Below, in pieces: positions 18,039 through 25,947 of a stretch of DNA of 64,000 nt (the first letter of the stretch is position 1; every line of letters begins with the position of its first letter). The notes beneath the pieces were generated by a model that ran no database searches, was not told where the DNA came from, and saw only the letters and a list, made by a program, of their open reading frames with translations. The DNA is from Vulcanimicrobiaceae bacterium (GTDB lineage Bacteria; Vulcanimicrobiota; Vulcanimicrobiia; Vulcanimicrobiales; Vulcanimicrobiaceae): contig DATBTT010000048.1 in NCBI GenBank assembly GCA_036559125.1, positions 2,454 to 66,453 on the forward strand, read 5' to 3'. A program made the position numbers and the translations under genes.

Positions 18039-19076
18039 ATGACAAAAGCGGATATCTTACGGCTGACGCATCTTTCGAGTTGCGCGGGTTGAGCTTCCAA
18101 GATGGACGCAAGCGTCCTCGCGCAAGTCTTGCGCGATTTGCCGCCGATTGACGATCCGAACGTCATGGTCGGCACGAGCACGGCCGACGACGCCGGTGTG
18201 TATCGTTTTTCCGACGACACGGCGCTGGTGCAGACGGTCGATTTTTTTACGCCGATCGTCGACGATCCGCGTACGTACGGTCGAATAGCCGCCGCCAACG
18301 CGCTATCGGATATTTATGCGATGGGCGCTCGACCGCTTACTGCGCTCGCGATTGCCGCGTTTCCCGAGTCGCTGGACGCGGCAATTCTCGGGGAGATTCT
18401 TGCGGGCGGCTCGGAGAAGGCGAAAGAAGCCGGCATCAGCATCATCGGCGGGCATACGATCAAGGACGACGAGCCGAAATACGGACTCGCGGTTACGGGT
18501 ATCGTGCATCCCGATCGCGTCGTTCGCAACGACACGGGGCGCGCGGGCGACGCGCTGGTCTTGACGAAACCGCTTGGAACGGGGATACTCACGACCGCGC
18601 GCCGCAGCGATGCCATTGGTGAAGAAGAGCTTGCCGAAGCTATTGCATCGATGGAACGTTTGAATCGTGCGGCGGGCGAAGCGATGGTCGAACGCGGCGC
18701 CCATGCGGCGACCGACATCACCGGCTTCGGTTTGATCGGACATTTACGCGAGATGGCCACCGGGGGCCTGGGCGCGCAAATCGTCGCGAACGACGTTCCG
18801 CTACTCGATCGCGCGTTGAACCTCGCCGAAGCCGGCAACGTTCCCGGCGGCACGCGCAAGAATCTCAACGATGCACTGAGCGCCGGCGTGCTGTTTGACG
18901 CATCCGTGTCGCAAGCGCTGCGATTGGTGCTGTGCGACGCGCAAACATCGGGCGGATTGCTGATCGCATTGGGAGCGGACGGCGCCCGGGCGCTGCTCGA
19001 CGACCTAGCCGCGAGGTCGATCGACGCCCGCGTCATCGGCTCGTTAACCGGCGACGGTCGCGTCGAGGTGCGATAG
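18039..19076 (+). CDS. selD: selenide, water dikinase (selenophosphate synthetase), Sec-containing form; in-frame TGA at 18090-18092 read as selenocysteine
   Basis: The track ORF (18102-19076) lacks the catalytic N-terminus. ATG 18039 (AGGAG upstream) reads MTKADILRLTHLSSCAG-U-ASKMDASVLAQVL in the same frame. This aligns with E. coli HGAGCGCKISPKVLETIL, placing U at Cys17 with Lys20 conserved. Body: DDAGVYRF, VDFFTPIVDDP, AANALSDIYAMGA. Confidence 0.85.
18104..18135 (+). other. candidate bacterial SECIS (two adjacent hairpins downstream of the selD UGA)
   Basis: Hairpin 1: ggacgc-aa-gcgtcc (18104-18117), starting 11 nt after the UGA. Hairpin 2: cgcgcaa-gtc-ttgcgcg (18119-18135), with G and U in the apical loop. 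Folded by eye only. Confidence 0.45.
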
Positions 19077-19137
19077 ACCAGGGGCCGAGGCGAGTGGACG
19101 TTTACTCGAGCGTTGGACTGGGAAAGGGGGAGCCGGT

Positions 19138-19521
19138 GTGATTTGGAATTTCGATTCGCACGACGCCTCCGAGGCGTTGTCCGTTCGTCAGGACTTCATG
19201 ACGGCGTTGCGCGCTCAATCGCGCGCGCGGATTGACGTATTTGCGGCCGAATTGATCTTCAGCGAACTCGTCGGCAACGTCGTCCGGCACGCGCCCGGCC
19301 CGATCCGCGTGTCCCTGGACTTTGACGGCGACGATGCCGTGCTCGAAGTGCACGACGAAGGCCCCGGCTTCGTACTGGCGCCGACGTTGCCGGCCAGCCT
19401 CGATTCGGAGGGAGGCCGCGGACTGTTCATCGTCGCCGAATTGGCCAAAGAGATTCGCGTTGAAATGCGCAACCGAGACGGCGTTTCCGTTTGCGCCGTG
19501 CTTCCCGAAGCCGCGGCATAG
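19138..19521 (+). CDS. RsbW/SpoIIAB-like anti-sigma-factor serine kinase (HATPase_c_2)
   Basis: GTG start after GGGGGAG. ELIFSELVGNVVRHAPGPIRVSL...LEVHDEGPGF...GGRGLFIVAELA. Confidence 0.7.
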   Translation: MIWNFDSHDASEALSVRQDFMTALRAQSRARIDVFAAELIFSELVGNVVRHAPGPIRVSLDFDGDDAVLEVHDEGPGFVLAPTLPASLDSEGGRGLFIVAELAKEIRVEMRNRDGVSVCAVLPEAAA

Positions 19522-19588
19522 TCCCCAGCCGAAACAAAGCTGTGGCGGGTATCGTTGCTCGAGTAAGGCTCTTGCTGAGGTACTCACC

Positions 19589-20047
19589 ATGACTTCTCTG
19601 CGAATCCCCGCAATAGCGGTAATGCTTCTTGGCTTAACGGCATGTGGCTCCGGCGGCGGGCTCGGCGGCCTTGGCGGTCTCCTGGGAGGCCGGTCCACGT
19701 GCAATCCCGGAACCCAAGTGCAACTCGCGCGTCCCGGGTCGGGACAAAGCGGCGTCAACGGCAATCTCGGTTCGATCGAAATCGTTGCTAACGGCAGCAG
19801 CGACGCGCTGCACTATTCGCCCAATCAATGGACGTTGCAACTCGTCGATACGTTCAACAACCAGACGATTACGACCGGCCAACTCAGTCCGGCTTCCGAT
19901 ACGAGCGGGCCGCATCCATTCACGCAGGACTTCTATTACTCGGGTTCGCTGCAGCAGCAATTACCTCAGGGAACGACGTGGAGCGTGCGGCTCGTCAATT
20001 CGAGCACGTATTGTACGCCCGACGCATTTGATTCGTTTTCAACGTAA
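19589..20047 (+). CDS. hypothetical lipoprotein
   Basis: Internal ATG 19589: MTSLRIPAIAVMLLGLTAC (lipobox) followed by a Gly-rich linker. The upstream part of the track ORF overlaps the kinase gene. Confidence 0.5.
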   Translation: MTSLRIPAIAVMLLGLTACGSGGGLGGLGGLLGGRSTCNPGTQVQLARPGSGQSGVNGNLGSIEIVANGSSDALHYSPNQWTLQLVDTFNNQTITTGQLSPASDTSGPHPFTQDFYYSGSLQQQLPQGTTWSVRLVNSSTYCTPDAFDSFST

Positions 20048-20060
20048 TCGAGCCTGATGC

Positions 20061-21635
20061 ATGACGCTTCTGAGCGAAGCGCTTGAGGCTGAGGCTCGAG
20101 GACGCGTTCTCGAGAGTTTCGCGCTCTGCTCGCAACGCGTACGCGAGTCGCCCGCCGATCCCGATGCGCTGACGCTCATGGGCCGGCTGTGCGCGTTGGG
20201 TGGCGACCTATGCGCCGCAATCGGGCTCCAACGGCACGCGCTCGCGATCGATCCGTCTCACGTGCGTGCAGCCGAAGACTTGACGCGATCGTTAGCGTTG
20301 CGCGCATCGCCCGACGAAGGCGAGGCCCTCTACGCGCAAGCCGTCGGTATGCGTCCCGATATAGACGTCCACTACCTCACTCCGGGAGCGCTCGACGCAT
20401 TTGACGGAATCGACGGCCTGCGCGCGCTGCTCGAGCGTGCGGTTGCGGCCGATCCCGCGCATTCCCGCGCGCATGCGGCGCTCGCCAACGTGTTGACGCG
20501 CCAGAACGACTTTGCAGCGGCCTTGCAGTCCTACCAGCGCGCGCTATTGCTCGATCCCGCAAACGCCGCCGTGCAACTCGCGACCGGCGATATCGAATAT
20601 GATTTCGGAAACGAAGGCAACGCGCAACGTCACCGCGCGAATGCATTCGCGCGGCAAGCACTGTATCTAGCGGCGGCGCGATCCGTCCCGTACGCGCGCT
20701 CGGTGCTCGTACTGGCGCGGCCCGGGCCATGGGCGGCGAACGTCCCGCTCGACTTCGTCGTGGATCACGACCGCATCGCCGTCCATCGCCTCTATCTGCC
20801 CGTGGGAAAGATGGCGGCCGTTGTGGGACCCCTGCCGCCGTACGACCTCATCTTCAATGCCGTGGCGTATGCGGAGGCCGCTACGGAGGCGATCGCCTTG
20901 GCGGAGCAGTTTATTGCCTCCCAGGCAAAGCCCGCGATCAACCTGCCGCAACATCTTTGGAAGACGGCGCGAAGCAGCTTGCCCGCGGCGCTGCGGGACG
21001 TCCCCGCCTGTAGCGTTCCGGAAGCGACGCGCATCGCGCGTGAAATACCCGCCGGAGTCGCGTTCCCACTCATCGCGCGGCCCGTAGACAGTCACGCGGG
21101 CCGGGGTCTCGAGCGCGTCGACGATGCCGGGGCGCTCGATGCCTACATAGCGCGCCATCCCGGCGATGCCGGATTCGATCTCGCGCCGTTTGTCGATTAT
21201 CGCAGCGCGGACGGATACTATCGCAAGTATCGCGTCATGTTTATCGGCGGCGTTGCGTTTCCGTACCACCTCGCGATATCGCGACAATGGATCGTGCATT
21301 ATAACACGAGCCTCATGCCGGATAATGCGTGGATGCGTGCGGAGGAAGAAGCGTTCCTCGACGCTCCGCAGTCGGTCTTCGCGCGGTGGGAAGACACGAC
21401 GCGGGGAATCGCCGCGGCCATCGGTTTGGATTATTTCGGCGTCGATTGCACGGTGTCGCCCGACGGTGGCATGCTCGTTTTTGAAGCCGACGCAGCCATG
21501 TTCGTCCACGCCAAGGATCCCCCGAATCTATTTCCCTACAAACCCCAAGCGGTCGATCGAATCCGCGCCGCTCTCAACGCGCTCATCATAACTACGGACG
21601 TCACATGTGCGGACTCTACCCCGTCCAATGGATGA
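20061..21635 (+). CDS. TPR-repeat protein with C-terminal ATP-grasp domain
   Basis: N-terminal TPR-like helices (AL.LDP..A..). C-terminus: LIARPVDSHAGRGLERV...YRKYRVMFIGG...GLDYFGVDCTVSPDGGMLVFEADAAM is RimK/glutathione-synthetase-like ATP-grasp. Confidence 0.65.
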   Translation: MTLLSEALEAEARGRVLESFALCSQRVRESPADPDALTLMGRLCALGGDLCAAIGLQRHALAIDPSHVRAAEDLTRSLALRASPDEGEALYAQAVGMRPDIDVHYLTPGALDAFDGIDGLRALLERAVAADPAHSRAHAALANVLTRQNDFAAALQSYQRALLLDPANAAVQLATGDIEYDFGNEGNAQRHRANAFARQALYLAAARSVPYARSVLVLARPGPWAANVPLDFVVDHDRIAVHRLYLPVGKMAAVVGPLPPYDLIFNAVAYAEAATEAIALAEQFIASQAKPAINLPQHLWKTARSSLPAALRDVPACSVPEATRIAREIPAGVAFPLIARPVDSHAGRGLERVDDAGALDAYIARHPGDAGFDLAPFVDYRSADGYYRKYRVMFIGGVAFPYHLAISRQWIVHYNTSLMPDNAWMRAEEEAFLDAPQSVFARWEDTTRGIAAAIGLDYFGVDCTVSPDGGMLVFEADAAMFVHAKDPPNLFPYKPQAVDRIRAALNALIITTDVTCADSTPSNG

Positions 21636-21654
21636 AGGAGATCTTCTACACCCA

Positions 21655-22128
21655 ATGACTCAACGAATCGACTACAACGCCGCATCACAAAACGCGATCG
21701 AACCAGTCTTTGCCGCGTCGCAGTACCTACGCTCGCAGACGACGCTCGAACCGACGCTGCTCCACCTCGTGGACTTGCGAGTTTCGCAAATCAACGGCTG
21801 CGCCTTTTGCATCGCAATGCATTGGCGCGAAGGTCGCGAGTCCGGCGCGACCGACGATCAGATGCACGGTCTTGCGGCCTGGCGCGAAACGTCGTGGTAC
21901 TCGCCACGCGAACGCGCCGCTCTCGCCTGGGCCGAAGCCGTGACGAACGTCGCTACGTCGCACGTGCCCGACGACATTTTCGAGCAGGTCCGCGCCGTTT
22001 TCAGCGAGACCGAGATTGTCGACCTCACGCTCGCCGTCGCCACGATCAACACCTGGAACCGCCTCTCGATTTCGTTCCGCGTGCCGCCCGAACGAGCCGT
22101 CGACTTGCTGGCCCACGCAAACGCCTGA
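21655..22128 (+). CDS. carboxymuconolactone decarboxylase (AhpD-like) family protein
   Basis: AAGGAG RBS. LVDLRVSQINGCAFCIAMHWRE has the CxxC of the AhpD/CMD fold. Confidence 0.8.
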   Translation: MTQRIDYNAASQNAIEPVFAASQYLRSQTTLEPTLLHLVDLRVSQINGCAFCIAMHWREGRESGATDDQMHGLAAWRETSWYSPRERAALAWAEAVTNVATSHVPDDIFEQVRAVFSETEIVDLTLAVATINTWNRLSISFRVPPERAVDLLAHANA

Positions 22129-22137
22129 CCGTTCGCG

Positions 22138-23832
22138 TCAGGTCGCGTTGTCGGGCAGTGGCGCGCCAAATCCGATGCCGGCTTTTGCAAACGCCTGTTG
22201 CACGCGAGCGTTTACTTCGCGGCGCAATTCGAACTGGCGCAGGGGAGCGGTCTTGATGCTGGCGCGAATCGCGACGAAGTCGCGGCTCAACGCCGCAACG
22301 CCGATCCATTCGACCGGGTCGAGCACGACGTCGTGCCAGGCCGCCTCTCGCGCGAGTTGCTCGATTGCTTCCCGGACGAGAGCGATTGCCTGTGGGATGT
22401 CCGCTGCGGGGTCGACTGAAATGCGATAGTCGATGCGCGACCAATAGCGTGAATGATTCATCACGTCGGCCACGGTGCTGTGCGGAATCGTGACGAGATT
22501 GCCGCCGCCGTCGCGGATCTGGACCATGCGTAGCGTAAGATGTTCGACCAGGCCGCTATGGTCTTTGATGCTTACGTAATCGCCGACGACGTATTGATCC
22601 TCAAAAAGTACGAGAAAGCCGCCGACGAAATCGCGCACGAAGTTTTGCGCCGCCAGCGTGACTGCGATCGCGGCAACGCCCCCGATGGTCAAGACAGAAC
22701 CGATCGATATACCTAACTGGCTGAGCGTCGCGAGAGCGGCCAAGAAGATCAGAACGAACGTTTTGAACCCTGCCAAGGCGCGCGTGATGGTCGGCACGCG
22801 CAGCAACTGACGGGCGCGTTCCTCGGCGTTCCCGGTCGCGTGCCGCTGCCAGACCCATGCCGAACGCGCGATCGCGATGTCGAGAATGCGATTGAGCAAT
22901 CCCGTGACGATCCAAATTGCGAGCACTCCAATCGCCCCGCGCGCGAGCGCATGCGAGATCGGAGTGGTCTGTGGAAACTGCGCGAGCGCCCACGTGACTG
23001 CGCCGAACCAGATCAGCAGCAGCCCCCACATTAGGACGCCTTCGACGGCTCGATACAACCCGAGGCGTTGCGCGGGGGTAGTAGCGCGCAACGCCAACGC
23101 AAGGAAGCGCCGCCGGCGCTGATGGGCTTCCTCCGGTGTAGGCGTACTCTGGGCTTGTTCGTCTTGGACCGCTCGCCCGCGCGCGAGTGCGAGCGCCTGG
23201 AGTGTAGCGATCCGCCTGCGGATCGCGATCGCGACGAGCCATACGAGGATCGATAGGAGGACCAGCGCGATAGCCAGGCGCAGCACGTCGGTTGCGCTGT
23301 GCCGTTGCACGGCGGGCTGGCGAATCTTCAGCGAGCGCGCGATCGCGATCTGCAAAACCTTCTGCCACTGCGCGGCCAGATCGTCTACGGCTTGCTGATG
23401 GTATTTCGCGTCGACCGACGTGACGGTCAGGATGGGAAACGGCGTCCGTTGCTTCGCGTCCACGATCTGCAGTAGAGCTTGGCTGCCTTGCATTTTCGTT
23501 TGTATGCGAAACGTTTTTGGATCGTAGGCGGTGCTCGTGCCTTCGGTCGCGACGATTTGCGCGAGCGCGTTTTCGACGTAGCTCTGCCGCAGGGTGAGCG
23601 GTAATTGATCGGCCGGCGCGCTGGTGAGCGCGGCGATGCGAAAGAGCACCGCACCGTCGAGCACGATCGGCGCCGATGTGTACGCGCCTTCTACCCGAAC
23701 GCCCATACTCGCGTTGGGAGCCGACGAGCCCGAGGGGAAAACGGGAAAGACCTGCGCGCCGGCGACGGCCGTCAGCATCAACGCGAGCAAACCGAACGTC
23801 CGTACCGCCGCCCTGAAACGAGTGCTAATCAA
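22138..23832 (-). CDS. mechanosensitive ion channel (MscS family) with large N-terminal periplasmic domain
   Basis: Signal peptide, multiple TM helices, then NFVGGFLVLFEDQYVVGDYVSI...LTLRMVQIRDGGGNLVTIPHS (MscS beta domain). Confidence 0.8.
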   Translation of the reverse strand: MISTRFRAAVRTFGLLALMLTAVAGAQVFPVFPSGSSAPNASMGVRVEGAYTSAPIVLDGAVLFRIAALTSAPADQLPLTLRQSYVENALAQIVATEGTSTAYDPKTFRIQTKMQGSQALLQIVDAKQRTPFPILTVTSVDAKYHQQAVDDLAAQWQKVLQIAIARSLKIRQPAVQRHSATDVLRLAIALVLLSILVWLVAIAIRRRIATLQALALARGRAVQDEQAQSTPTPEEAHQRRRRFLALALRATTPAQRLGLYRAVEGVLMWGLLLIWFGAVTWALAQFPQTTPISHALARGAIGVLAIWIVTGLLNRILDIAIARSAWVWQRHATGNAEERARQLLRVPTITRALAGFKTFVLIFLAALATLSQLGISIGSVLTIGGVAAIAVTLAAQNFVRDFVGGFLVLFEDQYVVGDYVSIKDHSGLVEHLTLRMVQIRDGGGNLVTIPHSTVADVMNHSRYWSRIDYRISVDPAADIPQAIALVREAIEQLAREAAWHDVVLDPVEWIGVAALSRDFVAIRASIKTAPLRQFELRREVNARVQQAFAKAGIGFGAPLPDNAT

Positions 23833-25450
23833 ATGCGATCGTTAGGATTGCGACGTCGTCGATTGCATGTTTGGTAAGTATCTCGTCGTGCAATACCTTT
23901 GCGGGCGATGGACCGCGAATCGAAAGCTTCGCGATAGCTTCGTGCAGCAATCGTTCGCCTTCGCAGATGTCCCGGTCGAATTCGACGAGCCCGTCGGTAA
24001 AGAACGTGAAGAAATCGCCCTCCGCCACCGCAACTGTTTCGGAATGCGGTTCGAGATCGTCGCGCAGGCCGAGCGGCAACCCGTGTTGAGCGAACGGCTC
24101 GTCTACGCGTCCGCCGGCGCTGCGCCGAATGGGTGACGGGTGGCCTGCCAACGCGCACGTGAGCGTGCGAGCGGACGGGTCGAACACCGCAACGACTGCC
24201 GTCGCGATCCGCTCGTCCGGGTCGATTTTGATCGTCGCGTCCGCGGCCTGTAGGATACGTCGCGGATCGGCCGAGATAACCGCGGCGCAGCGGATCGCCT
24301 GGCGGACTCGGCCCATCGTGACGGCGGCATCGAGTCCGTGTCCCATGACGTCGCCAACCGAGATCACGACGCGGCCGTCGCGCAGCGCGAACGCATCGTA
24401 CCAGTCGCCGCCGATGTTTGACTCGCTGCCGGCCGGAGAGTAGACCGCGTCGAATCGCATTCCCGCAATTGTGGGGAGGTCGCGCGGAAGCGATGCATGC
24501 TGGAGGGTGGTCGCGACCAGATACTCCCGTTGAAAGCGTTGCGCGATATCGAGCGCAACCGCGACGCGACGCGCGAGTTCGTCGAACAGCACGACGTCGC
24601 GAGCATCGAACCTGTAGGGGCGCCCGTGTTCGACTATCCCGACGGTCAACGCGCCTAAGATGCGGCCGCGCAACGCGATCGGAACGCTGATTATCGACGT
24701 AATGCCGAGTTCGTTGATGAAGGCCGCGTGCTCGGAGTCGCGCGCAACGCCTCTGACCCACGATTCGTCGGCATTCGAAATGCAGACGGGCGTGAGTACC
24801 TCCATCGAGCCGAGCAGCGGGTGTTTGCCGCGCTCGGGCGTAAACGCGGTCAGGCGGTGAAGAAAATCGCCGTTTTGAAACGAGCGGCTCGACGCGGCCG
24901 TGCGCACGAGCAAATCATCGTCGTCCGAAACTTCAAAAAGGCAGAAGTCGGCGACCGAGTCGGTGAGACGCCGTGCGACTCGATCGAGCGCAACCTCCAC
25001 GTTGAGGGGCCGGTTCAGCAACGCGCCCACGTCCGACAGGAGTTCGAAGTAGAGTTCGGAGCGGCGATGTTCGGTGACGTCGCGCGAAACCGCGAGTAAC
25101 CGCTCCACCGCACCGTCCTGATTTGTAAGCGGCGCGACGAGAACGTCCCACCACTTCGGTTCGCCGTGAAACGTCTTGAGAAACCCGATAAATCGTCCGG
25201 TCCGCCCGTTACGCGCCTCCGCCACGGCATCGCGAGCCGCATCCCGATCGCTGTCGGTCCAGAAGTCCGTCCACTGTGCGCCTTGGATCGTGGAGAGATC
25301 GTCGATTCCGAAGAGCCGGCGGCCGGCTTCGTTCATCGTCCGCAAGCGGCCGTCGAGGTCGAGAATTTTCACGCAGTCGGGCATACCGGCCACGATTTGC
25401 CGCGCAAATTCGTCGATGTTGCTACTCGCGGCCACCGCCGGATTGGTCAA
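23825..25450 (-). CDS. PAS-GAF-PP2C (SpoIIE-type) protein phosphatase
   Basis: N-terminal PAS (GMPDCVKILDLDGRLRTMNEAG), central GAF, C-terminal GGDWYDAF...GDVMGHGLDAA...FTDGLVE. Overlaps the MscS start by 8 nt. Confidence 0.8.
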   Translation of the reverse strand: MTNPAVAASSNIDEFARQIVAGMPDCVKILDLDGRLRTMNEAGRRLFGIDDLSTIQGAQWTDFWTDSDRDAARDAVAEARNGRTGRFIGFLKTFHGEPKWWDVLVAPLTNQDGAVERLLAVSRDVTEHRRSELYFELLSDVGALLNRPLNVEVALDRVARRLTDSVADFCLFEVSDDDDLLVRTAASSRSFQNGDFLHRLTAFTPERGKHPLLGSMEVLTPVCISNADESWVRGVARDSEHAAFINELGITSIISVPIALRGRILGALTVGIVEHGRPYRFDARDVVLFDELARRVAVALDIAQRFQREYLVATTLQHASLPRDLPTIAGMRFDAVYSPAGSESNIGGDWYDAFALRDGRVVISVGDVMGHGLDAAVTMGRVRQAIRCAAVISADPRRILQAADATIKIDPDERIATAVVAVFDPSARTLTCALAGHPSPIRRSAGGRVDEPFAQHGLPLGLRDDLEPHSETVAVAEGDFFTFFTDGLVEFDRDICEGERLLHEAIAKLSIRGPSPAKVLHDEILTKHAIDDVAILTIAFD

Positions 25451-25526
25451 AATAGAATCTCCCTACGGTATTAGCCTTACAACATTCGCACGCCGTCGCC
25501 CCGAAGCCCGCCGCCCGGTCGATTGC

Positions 25527-25555
25527 TTGACAATCGCCGCCGCGTCGGCTATATC
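25527..25555 (+). promoter_or_regulatory. candidate sigma70-type promoter for the padR operon
   Basis: TTGACA (25527-25532), 17-nt spacer, TATATC (25550-25555). It lies about 40 nt upstream of the PadR ATG. An AGTA..TACT dyad lies immediately downstream. Confidence 0.35.
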
Positions 25556-25596
25556 CAGTATAGACTATATCTACTGCGGATATACATGAGGTTGCG

Positions 25597-25947
25597 ATGC
25601 AGGCGAACCGCCGGACCGATCCAGCGGCCTTGCTCCCATTAGGGGCAGGCGCCTTTCACATATTGCTCGCGCTGGCCGACGGCGACCGCCATGGATACAG
25701 CATTAGCAAGGAGGTCGAGGAATCCACCGGCGGCACGGTGAGGTTGGGGCCCGGAACGCTCTACCGGCTGCTAAAGGAGATGCTGGCCAATTCCTGGATC
25801 GTCGAAATCGAGAGCGACGATGCCGACGATGCGCGCCGGCGCAACTACCGGCTTACGGCCTGGGGCCGGCGTATCGCGCAGGCCGAAGCCTCGCGACTAG
25901 ACTCGCTGGTTCGCATCGCGCGTTCGCGGCATCTCTTGCCGGCATGA
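25597..25947 (+). CDS. PadR-family transcriptional regulator
   Basis: FHILLALADGDRHGYSISKEVEESTGGTVRLGPGTLYRLLKEMLANSWI. Confidence 0.85.
   Translation: MQANRRTDPAALLPLGAGAFHILLALADGDRHGYSISKEVEESTGGTVRLGPGTLYRLLKEMLANSWIVEIESDDADDARRRNYRLTAWGRRIAQAEASRLDSLVRIARSRHLLPA

Noticed and set aside
18090-18092. Reading the TGA upstream of the selD ATG as a genuine stop (selD starting at 18102), or as a pseudogene lesion
   Set aside because: The upstream 51 nt are in frame, start with an RBS-supported ATG, and restore the conserved catalytic loop with the TGA exactly at the Cys/Sec position. Hairpins follow the TGA.
19102-19764. 220-aa minus-strand Pro/Arg-rich ORF
   Set aside because: It is antisense to the RsbW-like kinase and the lipoprotein start, and its composition is not protein-like.
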